Assembly: GCA_047967505.1 (NCBI GenBank)
Contig: CM106538.1
DNA: 64,000 nucleotides
Reading direction: 5' to 3' (one strand)
Origin: Dipteris shenzhenensis
Lineage: Eukaryota
The notes beneath the pieces were generated by a model. The model did no database searches and was not told the DNA's origin. It saw only the letters and a program-made list of their open reading frames with translations. Numbering within the stretch: the stretch's first letter is position 1; each line of letters begins with the position of its first letter. This document shows positions 52,602-64,000 of this stretch, one piece after another. The translations under genes and the position numbers were made by a program.

Positions 52602-53093
52602 GGAGATTTTCTGAATCTGTAACAATAGCAAAGTAATGTAAATAAGATAACAAATTGAAGTTTCAAGAAAGAGAAAGTGGGCAGACAGACAGTTGACAAG
52701 AAATATCTTACTCTACGCCAAACAAGATCAAGGGAGTAGTTTTGGAAAAGAAGATGTTGCTGCACAATGAGGCAGTGGTGTAGAATGGTAGACCTTTCAA
52801 AGGAAAGGCGGCACAACATTTCAAAGTTCAAAGGAAGGTGGAAGCAGGAAGGCCCTTGTCAGATAAAATGTCAGTTTAGATTCTATCTTCTTGTCCAAAG
52901 ATCTTGTGAGAATAAAAAACCAATCTCCACATTAATGTAGCACGCTTGTACCTACATAAAGTATTGTTTCTTTTTTCTATTTTCTCTTATTTTCGTGAAT
53001 TTCCAACGTTACGTTGGCCCTCTATTGATTGGTTGAGAGCTTATTTTTCCAAACTGTAAAAGGCCCCAAAATGAGCTCCCTTTTTTCCTAATG

Positions 53094-54285
53094 ATAGCTC
53101 TCTCCCACGACTATGGAGAGATGATGAAGACCTAAGGATGACCTCTATTATGCCTCAAGGGAAAGGATGGAGCAAAGTAATAGACATAGAGTTGCTTAAT
53201 AATATCAACCTCTATTGCATGCTTAATAGTGATGTAATGAAAAGATGGGTGACCAGATACGAGGATGCAAAGGCAAGAAGACAAGGAAAAAGGGCCCTCT
53301 TTTGTACACACCACGGATCTCGTGTACCTACCCTCAACATCTAAGAGCACTTCCAAAGGATATTCACGTGGATTGGCTACTTGATGAAATGGAGAGAGCA
53401 GATAGAGACGAGGGGATGCATGTCACAATGGAAGAATGGGAGTACACTAGAGGATGCATGAGCAAGGTCGGTATATAGAATGTTATGCATAAGTTAGGAG
53501 CTTTCAACAATTTAGATTGCTTAATTAATTGATTTTATCTTGGTGTTGTATATTATGTTCAATGCTATATGGTGTAAGGTCGGTATATAGAATGTTATGC
53601 ATAAGTTAGGAGCTTTCAACAATTTAGATTGCTTAATTAATTGATTTTATCTTGGTATAGTGTATTATGTTCAATGCTATATGGTGTGAGGGCAAGCATT
53701 TTCGGATACAACGGATTGATGATAAGAGAAACGCACAAGATTACGGCATCATTGCTAGCTTTAAGTGAGCCAATGGGGCCATGGATGATTATTGTGGCAT
53801 AATCCAGATATTATTAAGCTTGACTTTCGACGCTTCTTTGTGTATGTTTTGGATGTCAAGTGGCTTAAGGACGTGGTGGAAAGAGGCCCTAATGCAACAA
53901 TCAAACGCCATGCAAGTGGCTTTGTAACTATTGACTCCACAAAGTTTTGGCAAAGCAAGAAGGGCACACTAGTACTACTGCAACAATGTGAACAGGTACT
54001 TTACACACATATAAAAATACTCACTTTTAAATATTTGATACCTTCGATGCAAGGAAAATAACATGATTGTATTTGTGTTTGAATTAGGTTGTCTATCAAC
54101 CAATGGAGGAAATAATAGGTGGTAGCATGTCATACCTATTACCCCAGGTTCTAAAGTGATGTATAATATATTTACTAATATGGAGCGTATGGAGAATGAT
54201 CATGTCCATGGAGCTGATGATGACCGTGATACAAGAGAGGAGGATGATCATGAGATAGGAGATACAGATATTGAGGCATTTTGCA
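53094..54285 (+). pseudogene. CACTA/EnSpm transposase C-terminal part (DUF4216-like), right of the insertion
   Basis: DSSLPRLWRDDEDLRM...; AIWCEGKHFRIQRIDDKRNAQDYG...DYCGIIQDIIKLDFRRFFVYVLDVKW...SGFVTID...LVLLQQCEQV. Includes a 112-bp tandem duplication, 53464-53575 / 53576-53687. Confidence 0.85.
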
Positions 54286-55660
54286 TGGCACAACCACGTA
54301 TCTAATGCCTTTTTCTTGCATCTCTCTACCCTTGGATCTATTCTTGATGGATGGCTAAAAATGAGCTACCTTGTCTTTTGATCTCATTCCTTGCCTTTTT
54401 CAAGGGTTTAGATTTGATCCCTCTATCCTTTGATGGTATCGCTTCGATCTACAGGTCTTGTCGATCTAGTGGTTAAGAGTGTTCTACCACAAATTTGAAT
54501 GTATCCCTTGGATTTGACATTAGATCAAGGACTACAAGTGAAAATCACAGATCTAAAATATGGATCAAAGGTCTCCCAAGCCTTAAATGCTTTTGTCAAC
54601 TTCAACATACCATTGCTGCACACTCAAAGCACTCTCATAAAATCGCTCTTTAATCTCTTGAAATTAGAAAACTTTGATTCGAGGATCTTTTGAGACCAAA
54701 TTTTTCTCGTAATAATCTTTTAACTCCTCACTACCATTTTGAGACCTAGTTTTTCCCCTAATGCTCTTTAGCTCCCTCTTACTACCACTCTTCCCCATCC
54801 TAATGTCTAATGTTGCTTTCATTTCCTCCCATATAACTCGCCCTCACTTTCCCACTTCCACCTAGAATTAATTTTAGTGACCCTTCCACTCTCCTCTTTA
54901 ATTTTTTTTTACTCAACTCTACTCCCATCCCTGCTCCGCCCATCCCTACTCCCCACATCTATGCACTACAAGGCCTAGTTTTTGGAGCAATAAAAACATA
55001 TAATTAGTTAAGTTAAAATGAGTATTTGTGGGTTATTTAAACTAATTTGCAAGCACAAACTTTAATCCACAAAATGAAGGCTAGGAAAAATCAAAGCCAC
55101 TCTTTGGCCATTGTAACCACTTAAAAAATACACTAAAGGAAGGCTTTTGGCCATTCTAGCAATTAAAAAAATACAATAAAGGCAGGTTGTTGGCCATTGT
55201 AGCGGGTGAAAAATACACCAAGGGCAGAGGTCCTTCTAAGCAATCCCTGCAGCTGCAACTGTAGTTTCATCACCTTGCTCCTAGTACAGCTGCAGAATCA
55301 AGCACGTTATTTGTTTTTTTCATCACCCTGCCTCTTGTGGCTTGCATGCTATTTGTTTTCATGAGCTTGCTTCTTGCAGCTGCAAAAAAGATCAGTCTCG
55401 ATTTCGAAATGCATGCTTTACCGTTTCGAAGTGGGTGCTATTCCGACGTTACATCATAAGGCAGCTCTCTGTAGTACGAGAGGAACATGCAGATGTTTGC
55501 AGATGAGCTTAAAATGTTGATGATGAAGGAGATTCAATTCAACGATGAACGATCAGTTGAAGATGTGCATCAGAAGACTGATCGGCGGCATAAAATGTAG
55601 ATGATGATGCACGAGATTCAATTGAACAATGAACAATCAGTCATCAGAAGAGGATTCTTG

Positions 55661-57848
55661 CTAGTAGCATCCGGCCAATTTGCACCTTCCTCCCTTGTCT
55701 ATCCTTCCTTCGCATGCTTCGATGTCTAGCCATCCGTCCGGAGCTTCGTCCTCATACGTCTCTGCAGTCTTGTTCACCTTCGCATGCCTGTAGAATCCTT
55801 CGTACTGGCACTGTAACCCTGCTGCGTAATTGTCTCCCAACATCGTTTCGATCACACGATCATCCACTCCCCTTGTTAATCTGCTTGTTTCCAGTCCTCC
55901 AAAGAATTGCTCCTTGATTTGTTGTTGCCTCCTTTGAGCCATGCGTGCACGAAAAACTGCCAGACTCCATGTTGATTCCCCGCTCCCTAGAAAGGAATAT
56001 GCTCGCCTGCATATCTCCTGTTCCATCTGAGAGACGGAGTGGCCTGTTGCCTCAGGCAGAAACGACCTCAACGATGAGGCGTTGAAAAAACTACCATCAG
56101 AGAAATTCGGCAGCTGCTTGACCTTCCATAATCCAACCACAGCCAGACCAGATCGTCTCAAACTGCTCACCACCTGCAATGTAGATCGATCCACTACATA
56201 ACAGAGACATAGATGGTCGTAGTCGCCCGATGGAAGCAAAACCGCTCAAGACGGGAATAAGAAAGTACCTCTATCACAAGTGCTTGCTCAGCAGCACCAC
56301 GCATCCAACCATCGGTAGCTAGATACACAATCGTTACGTTGTCCTGGTTCGCCCTTTCACGTATGGCGTCGATGAGGTCTTCTTTCACAAGTAATACGCC
56401 TCGAGAGCGCGAGCGAGGGCATCGGTTCCTGCCGATTTCAGTCCATTCACGCGCAACGGGACGAAGGCCCGAGCTTATCACTGAACCATCTGCACACCGG
56501 AGGAAGCAGAGTCCAAGCCCGTGGCCAGCACAATTCACCTCGTGAAATCTCCAGTGGACTGCAAACACACAGAACTACAGCCGATCACTACTGGTAGCGA
56601 GCAATAGATTGAAGCGCATTGCAAACGAACATCCTAGTTAAGAAGCGCACCAGCTAAATATGGGAGATCGGTTCCCATTGCTCTGGATTGCACCGCGGTT
56701 GCGGCATCAGAAATGAATTTGGCAGTCCGGATGTAGGATGAAGCAGAAAGATAAGCCCCTCTCCAGCTGAGCCCCGGAAAAATGCCTCCCAAAGCGACAC
56801 AACGCTCAGATACGAAGGGACGGAATGCCTTATAGATGTCTGTCGTCGAAGTCCAGCGGACGAAACTCCAAGAGAGGTTATGCGTTGTCTATGAAGAGTA
56901 GGAAACACAGTTTCATTCAGAAATTTTCCAGCAAAGAAGGTCTTTCCCGCTACAAATTCAAAGAAATGAAGAGATCCTTCGCGTAGTCCATCCTCTCTTA
57001 CCACATTATTATCCCAACTCCATCCTCGGATCTGGGGCGGATACGTCGCCCGGAGCCACCAAAAGCTCTCAAATTTTTTGTCACATGCCGCCAAGCATCT
57101 GTCCTCCGAAGAGATCTTCACAAATTTTGAAAGACTCTGTAGATCATAACGCTCTCCAACCGCGAGACCGGTATCCTGCGATCCTAGGATGTCGACCTGA
57201 GGAGATAAGCTTTACAGGGTAACTAGACATTTAACATCTACCTTGCATCTAGCTAAGAAACACCGATCCTGATGCCATTGCACCACGTGAGAGCGAAAGA
57301 CTGCTAATTTCTCCACTCACCACCGCCGTGCTTCGCCGGTCCGGTGAAGAAGGGAGTCAAGCAGAGTGTTCTCTTGGTTGCCCGAGCAATTACTGCTGCG
57401 GTCATGTACTCGATGAGCTGATTGTTGTCCCCAACATGGCTGGTCAAGAGAGGTACCAGGAAATTTTCGGGACCTGTCACATTCTGCACCGAACAAGGGC
57501 GATTCAGCTCCCTCGAGTGAAGTAGCATTCCCCTCTTGACGAAATCCACATATATAGTCGGCAAAAAATGAGAAGCAGCAGGACCTTGTTTCTACGAGGC
57601 CGATAACGTGCGACTGGCTTCGGCACCGGGTCGACGCTCTGCGATTGCAGCTGGGTGTTCTGACTTCGAACTTGAACGTCGACGACAGTGGAACCAGATG
57701 CGAAGGGGGAAACGATCCACACCCTGTGGACTGACGTGGAGCTTAGAGTAAACAGTAACAAGGCCGAGAAAAGAACAGATACGAGAATGATGGAGGTGAG
57801 GCGGGAGGAGAAGCTCCAGGAGTCCACCTTCATGATCATGGTGGTCAT
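55661..57848 (-). CDS. O-fucosyltransferase-family (O-FucT/POFUT-like, GT-B fold) type II membrane protein, multi-exon host gene
   Basis: N-terminal signal-anchor SIILVSVLFSALLLFTL; GDNNQLIEYMTAAVIARATKRTLCL; FAVHWR; VYLATD; MEQEICRRAYSFLGSGESTWS. GT-AG introns link the ORF pieces. The start codon and exact exon limits are uncertain. Confidence 0.8.
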
Positions 57849-60800
57849 CACTACGAAATCTAAGGGGGTGCTTGGGCTACGAGGGGGTAGATTGGGTGCG
57901 TGAGAAGGTTGCTGCTGCAGCTGCAATATTGCAAGCTGATGATCATGACGAGAAACTGCGAGAGACAAACGTGGAGGAAAGTTGGAATGATGGAAGAAAG
58001 CAGACGACGTTGGTTTATGCAGATTGGAGCGATGGAAGCTTTGAAGCGACAGGCCGGCAACTGAGGCAAGGCTGGCGATGGGGAGAGCTCACGGCTCGAG
58101 TGTACTCGAATGTTGGGAAAATGTAAGCTTTTTCGGCTCGGTAGGGAAGATTGTTTACGGCGCCTACTAGGATTGTGCCATCTATTGAGATTTTCTTTTC
58201 ATGAGATTTGAGATTTTTACCTTTCACTTTGTATCACGTTCAGGAACAGGGCTGCCTGCCTGCCTACCTGGCCACAGCCCTCGTTGGAGATCCACCCTGG
58301 GCCGGTGGCCTCAATAGGCCCCCCATTCAAAAGAAACTACCTATTAATTAACTAGAGTTGCCGTAGGCAGCCTCTTTGTCATCGGGCACATAACTATTAC
58401 CTCGACGTTAACTTGAATCATAGCATTTTATCAAAATTTTAAATGAAAAAAAAGAATGAGTAAAAATATGGACATCAGACACGACACAAGGTCCGTTGGG
58501 ACCCGATCCTCCTTGCAAACGTTAGGGGTGCTGATTTATTATTAACTTGGCCATATTGTTTGTGAATTGTGCATTTTTGGAGTTGAAGCCTAACAAATGC
58601 ATGAATAGGACGATGCTCCACAAGAGCACATAAACGATCCTCATTGCACTCTATAAGATATTGTCACATATGAATAAAGGTATTGATATCTTTTGATCTT
58701 GTATTTAGCTTGGATTTTCTTACTCCCTCACATTGAGAACATGCATCAAAAGAGAGGAATCTTGTAAGAATTCAAATTGAAAACAAGAAATTTTGAATGG
58801 ATGAGGAATTGAAAATATTTGTATGATAATATAAAGTATAGAACTATTTATAACCACACATAGTGTGGGCAGGGAGGCGGCGCACTTCCTTTGCCAAAGA
58901 GTTATATAATTCAAGGGAACAGCCCTTCCCTGTGGTTTTAGAAGTGCTTGAGATAGAGACAATCGATGAGTGTACCTCCTTGCTAGCACATGAAAGTTCA
59001 TGGTGTGAAGGCCTTTGGATTAAAGGGACAAGGTTTGAGAGTTTGATTATAGTAGAACAGATTCAACTTGGAGTGGCTTGAAACTCTCCCGTTGCTGTGT
59101 GGGGGGTCTCCTCTTCTCCCTCCCAGCAGATCCATGCATTGTGTACGTAATTTACAGTGTCCAAGAACATGACCTTTTCCAGCTTTGTTCGAGACTACAT
59201 GAAGCTTTGAGTTATGTCTTGTTAGATAAATATTATCCTATACATCGCTCTCCATATTTTGATTCCCCATCTTTCCTCTCCTCTGCTCACCAAACCTGAG
59301 AAAGGGGACCAAAAGAATTCAATGCCATGGAAGACCTTCCATTAAGACATTTCAATGCATTAGAGGAACCTTATTAGGATCTAGCTCTTGCAACCCAAGG
59401 CAATTCCTCATCTGCAAAAACTATCGTAAAGAGCTCACAAGAGAAAGGCTTACGAAACTATCTCACTTTCTTCAAAGCATTGCAATTGTTACACCTTATC
59501 ATCACCAGGTAGATTAATGTCTTGATTAACAAATCATGACCCAAAATTGATCGGAGAAGCAAACGTTTCGAGATCAGCCCACCTTAATAACCGCACTCTG
59601 TACAAGTATGAGCATGGTCTTCCACTACGGTGCACCGATCAAAAATCTAAAGGTCTTATGCTTTAGAGCAAGCTTTTCATCCAGACTAACCATAAATCAA
59701 CTCCATTTAAGATTAAAAACAATAACTCACCTTTCGATAGATGACTCACATGTCAAAAGGGGGGTCTTTCAACAAGCGAGGTTTGTGTGTTATCAGATTC
59801 TATAAAATGTGGCATCATGGTTGGGTCAAGCTAACTTATTATCTATTCTAGATATATTTGTCACGAAGCTTTGCCAAATTCCCAATCCAAAGTTTCTCTA
59901 GAGCAATGCTTTGTGTCTCGCTAGCCTTGACAAACTTGCCATTTCTTTTCAAGCGACCTCCATGACTTACAGTCTCGAATATTGTGAAACATGTCTCACC
60001 TACAGCTTAGGTCACCAGTAAATTCTCTCATGGATGCCAGGATGTTGCTATTGTAGTGTTTTTTGCCCTCATATTTGCCTTTCATGTACATTGTCTTCAT
60101 TCTGTTCTGGGGATATGGCATATTGGAAATTCTTATTATCACCTCGTACTCCCTAAGCAACTTTATGTTACAGAAGCGATTTGGTGCCATGTAGGTTGTT
60201 GTTTCATGTATATCTAGCCGGTCCAATGGTTGCAAACTTGTAATTTTCTTGCGGTGTGTCTTGTCTCCGATTCCAATATTAATGGTTAGAGGCTGAGCTG
60301 TGACCAACTGTGAAGATTCTACATGGCAATTCTCTCAGGTCAGATCAGCCAAAAGCACAAAGAGATTCTAGAAAAGCAAGACTTTCCACATCTTTGCACT
60401 TATCCGGTTTGCCATTCTAAGCTCTTATCTTTGCCACATCTTGCCTTCATCTATTCAATCATCATCTATTCAATCGACCTGATCTATGAACTCACGGTCA
60501 GGGGCTAATTCGTTATAGTTGCTGCGGCTCGCATCCATCCACCATCAACACTTCGCTCCCAAGAATCACCTATGCTGCAAGTTTTTGAACATCTTTAAAC
60601 TCCCACATGCCATCCCCTTCCTTCTCCAAAACTCTGATGGTATATGGAAGACCATAGCATAGCTCCTCCACACTCTTAGTGGCTTTCCATGGTACTTCAG
60701 ATATCACCCCGAGAGGTATGTTGCTTCCAAGAGGAGGTAGATGCATGGCATGTGGTGAGATGCACTATGCTTTTGCGATCTGTGTTCAAAAGAAAGAAAT

Positions 60801-61457
60801 CACTCAAAAAGTCAATCACTCTAAAAAATAAAGTAGAATTCAAACCGTTAGATCTTTTAAAATTGACATCCAAGATTGTAACAAGTGGCTTCATAAGGGC
60901 TCACAAAAGTGAAACTTCACCCTAGGGAGCCTACTGTAATTAGTCGATGTGCGGGGGGAGTGGCACAAAGATTAACTTTGATTAACATAAGCTAGGGTGG
61001 CACGATTAATTAGAAGTCTCCAGACACCGAAGAATCTGCAATTAATCAAAAGTCTCCAGAACCCAAGGGATCCAGACCAGTGAGCTCTATAGATACAAGG
61101 AGGTGTTGAGAGAGGGAGGGAAGAGGGAGGGAGAGGGAGGGAGAGGGAGGAAGTGGAGGGAGAGGGAGAGGAGAGGAAGGAAGGGGAGGGAGTGGGAGAT
61201 GGGAAGTACAAGGAACTCTTTCTACTAACGAGTCAAGAACATGAGTGACAATGTTAAGGCCAATTCGTTGTGTACATGCATCCCTTGACCCTGATAGCAC
61301 ATTCAGTGCACATATGACCATGCGATCATGCTTTCCATATTGTCTATGAACAGATTAATGTTCGAGTAGCACACAATATAGCACATACTAAGAAAATCAA
61401 AAACTATTGTGGCATGCTACGAGATTTGCTTTAGACTCCACGGTCATAGGCTCTCAC

Positions 61458-61982
61458 CACACACTCTTAAGATCTAAAAAACGTAATCCATTATGCCTTC
61501 TTCAATAAGAATCTGTACGTCGCTTGAGAGTGCTACTTCCGATGGACACATATGGCATAGTAGCTGCAATGCAGTTAACAATTGAACCTCTGAATCAGAT
61601 GATATTAGAGACCCTTTGATTGCATCTACAAATATTCTAGGAAATTTGTTCTCCTCTTCATGGATGTTTCCGATAGGAGGTGCTTGGAGGCAGATATTTA
61701 TGATTAAACGATGAGCTAGAGTACTCAGCAGAGTTGCAAGAAATAGGAGAGGGCCTAAGAAAATGAACTCATGCAAGTCCAATTGGCCAAAGAAACAACA
61801 AAAGATTGAAAATCCCCCCCTTACCAATGCAATTTGTTCGTAATTCACCGCTCTCATTTTTCAGCGGGGCAATGAGAGCTAAGTCGATCAAGTTTGGAAG
61901 GAAGCTCACAAGCTCATCTACGTCATCTTCCAACGAGGATACTTTATAAAGGAGGAACAAGATTTCTCCTTGCAGATGATCC
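61458..61982 (-). pseudogene. PRD1: Two-exon fragment of meiotic PRD1 (MEI1 homolog), disabled
   Basis: QGEILFLLYK...NELRTNCI-type segment and FVDAIKGSLISSDSEVQ...QILIEEGIMDYVF*ILR match the PRD1 motifs RGEILFVLYK / FAEAIKGPLLSTDSEVQ / EENVADYIFEILR as I recall them. In-frame TAG, and the second-exon acceptor reads ttgcaa instead of ttgcag. Confidence 0.8.
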
Positions 61983-62680
61983 CTGCTAAATCAAACACGA
62001 CATGTGCATGTGAGAAGCATTGTCTGTCTCATCACCTCAAATACTCCTATGATCACTAATGCATTGCCAACCTTGAAAGAATTGAAGAGCGAGGTATACT
62101 GGTAGCTTTAGGCCTACAATGAGGTTAATCAAGAAGCCTTGTGAGCTCTTTATATAGCTTGTGGTAAGTAATTGTCGTGTCTATAGATTGAATAGACTCA
62201 AGATGAAGGCAGAGCACATGCAAATCAATTGGACACTTCTTTTACACATGACACCTCTCTTGGGCACACTTTTTCCACTGTTTTTTTCACTACCTCTATC
62301 AAGTAACACTTTGATAGTCGGATTGGGGCCTGCCTACTTCTCTGCCTCATTCCCTTTGGTGGAGTCGATAAGAACGAGCACATGAGCTCCCTGCATTGTT
62401 TGTGAAGTTACTGAATATGATTTTAAAAACTTGGACAGAAGCTAACAGATAAGCCCTAAATGCAAGGGACAATGGGGGATGTTACAAATTTCTTACTATT
62501 AACAGACCTAGAAGTAGATGGAGATAGTTGAGACATCCATTGTAGAAAAAAATATTCATTGTGTTACCAATGCACAAAGGATGTAGGAGTTGGAGACACT
62601 CGTACAATAACAAAGGAATCTTGGAAGAGCCTACAGAGAGCAGGGGTTATAGGAGAAACCACTTTGCAACTATAGCCTCT

Positions 62681-64000
62681 CACAACAACACAAAGTAGCT
62701 ATAGACGCGCTTGGTAGATGCGCAAAATAGCGAGCGCGTCTATAGGCGTTGCTTTAGTAGAGGAATTACGGGCGCATCTAAAAGCACGTCTAACAACTCG
62801 TCTATTTGCGCATATATTAACACGTTTACTTGCGCATCTAAATTGAGAAAATACGGGCCCGTCTAGCATCGCGTTTATCAGTGCATCTATTTGTGCATGT
62901 ATTAGCGCGTTTATTTGCGCGTTTACACTGAGAATTAGATGCACATTTAGACGCATAGATAGATGCAAACCAGAGAATACAAAAAGTGAGATTTTGGTGT
63001 ACATCATTGCTTTCCAAACATTGCCCATGATTACCAAAGCACATAATATTTTGCAAGCCCACATATACAAGAATTAAGTGAGATGAGGAGAATGAGACAA
63101 TATGTAAAATAGTTTTGCCAATATCAATTATGGGGCTACGGTTCAATCTCATCCTCAATGAGATCAACCCTTGCCAAACTATCTACTTCAAAATCCAAAC
63201 AAGTGTTTAGATCTACAAATACATTCAACCCACTACTAGTGCCACTCATGTGCTCATCGAAATCAGCATCTCGAATGGTAGGCTCGTCCTCACAGGTAAT
63301 GGCATCAATATCTGTATCTCCTATCTCATGATCCTCCTCCTCTCTCGTATCACGGTCATCATCACGTCCATGGCCATGATCATCCTCCATATGCTCCATA
63401 TTAGTAAATGTACTATACATCACTTTGGAACGTGGCATGATAGGTATGACATGCCACCATCTATTATTATCCACCATTGGTTGATAGACAACCTAATTCA
63501 AACACAAATACAATCATGTTATTTTTCTTGCATCAAATATTTAAAAGCGAGTATTTTTATATGTGTGCACAGTACCTGTTCACATTGTTGCGGTAGTACT
63601 AGTGTGTCCTTCCTACTTTGCCAAAACTTTGTGGAGTCAATAGTTACAAAGCCACTTGCATAGCATTTGATTCTTCCGTTAGGGCCTCTTTCCACGTCCA
63701 CGTCCTTAAACCACTTTACATCCAAAACATACACAAAGAAGCGTCGAAAGTCAAGCATAATAATATCTTGGATTATGCCACAATAATCATCCATGGCTCC
63801 ATTGGCTCCCTCAAAGCTAGCAATGACACCGCAATCTTGTGTGTTTCTCTTATCATCAATCCGTTGTGTTCGAAAACGCTTGCCCTCACACCACATAGCA
63901 TTGAACATAGTGCACTACACCAAGAAAAAATCAATTAAATAAGCAATCTAAATTATTGAAAGCTCCTAACTTATGCATAAAATTCTATATACCGACCTTG
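62681..64000 (-). mobile_element. 3' end of a CACTA/EnSpm element, same family as 53094-54285, opposite orientation, running off the window
   Basis: Terminus-like CACAACAACAC at 62681 (one change from CACTACAA). Subterminal tagacgcgc/gcgcatcta repeats at 62700-62960. Transposase C-terminus at 63136-63908 (DDKRNTQDCG..DYCGIIQDI..DVKWF..LVLPQQCEQV). Confidence 0.82.

Larger units (their letters stand above)
43292..53093 (+). mobile_element. ~9.8-kb TIR DNA transposon with RAG1/Transib-like transposase and chromatin cargo genes
   Basis: 34-bp TIRs with 2 mismatches: CATTAGGGAAAAAGGGAACTCATTTTGGGGCCTT (43292-43325) versus the reverse complement of 53060-53093, CATTAGGAAAAAAGGGAGCTCATTTTGGGGCCTT. 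The flanks rejoin in frame into one CACTA ORF. Confidence 0.9.

Noticed and set aside
43288-53097. 4-bp TSD GCAG/ATAG
   Set aside because: Only 2 of 4 bases match, and removing it breaks the host CACTA reading frame.
54964-55225. CACTACAAG followed by three ~50-bp repeats, as a CACTA terminus
   Set aside because: No matching opposite end or TSD was found, so support is insufficient.
58300-61400. Possible LINE or LTR relics
   Set aside because: No diagnostic RT or endonuclease motif and no terminal structure could be read.

Overview
Eukaryotic, repeat-dominated land-plant DNA. GT-AG introns, Ty1/copia and Ty3/gypsy LTR elements, CACTA relics and a PRD1 fragment suggest a large fern-like genome (inference). 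Nearly the whole window is nested transposable-element debris, with one probably intact host gene, an O-fucosyltransferase-family gene at about 55.7-57.8 kb (- strand). The main finding is a ~9.8-kb TIR DNA transposon (43292-53093) with 34-bp CATTAGG... TIRs and no visible TSD, inserted in frame into a CACTA transposase. It encodes an intron-containing transposase with RAG1/Transib-like catalytic and zinc motifs, plus chromatin-type cargo: a histone H3-like domain fused to a Ulp1/SUMO-protease domain, a BAH-like gene and one unknown ORF. A truncated second copy of this family lies at 19858-21543. A second unusual unit is a spliced ParB-like / DNA-MTase-like / FCP1-phosphatase / SET multidomain pseudogene (31489-37164). 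It is preceded by a 4.5-kb higher-order satellite built on a quasi-palindrome that also recurs in the gene's introns. Also present are a copia element with TGGAT TSD splitting a DDD/E transposase, a chimeric copia fused at a 3-bp microhomology, and foldback hairpins. All domain calls come from motif recognition by eye; no searches were run.
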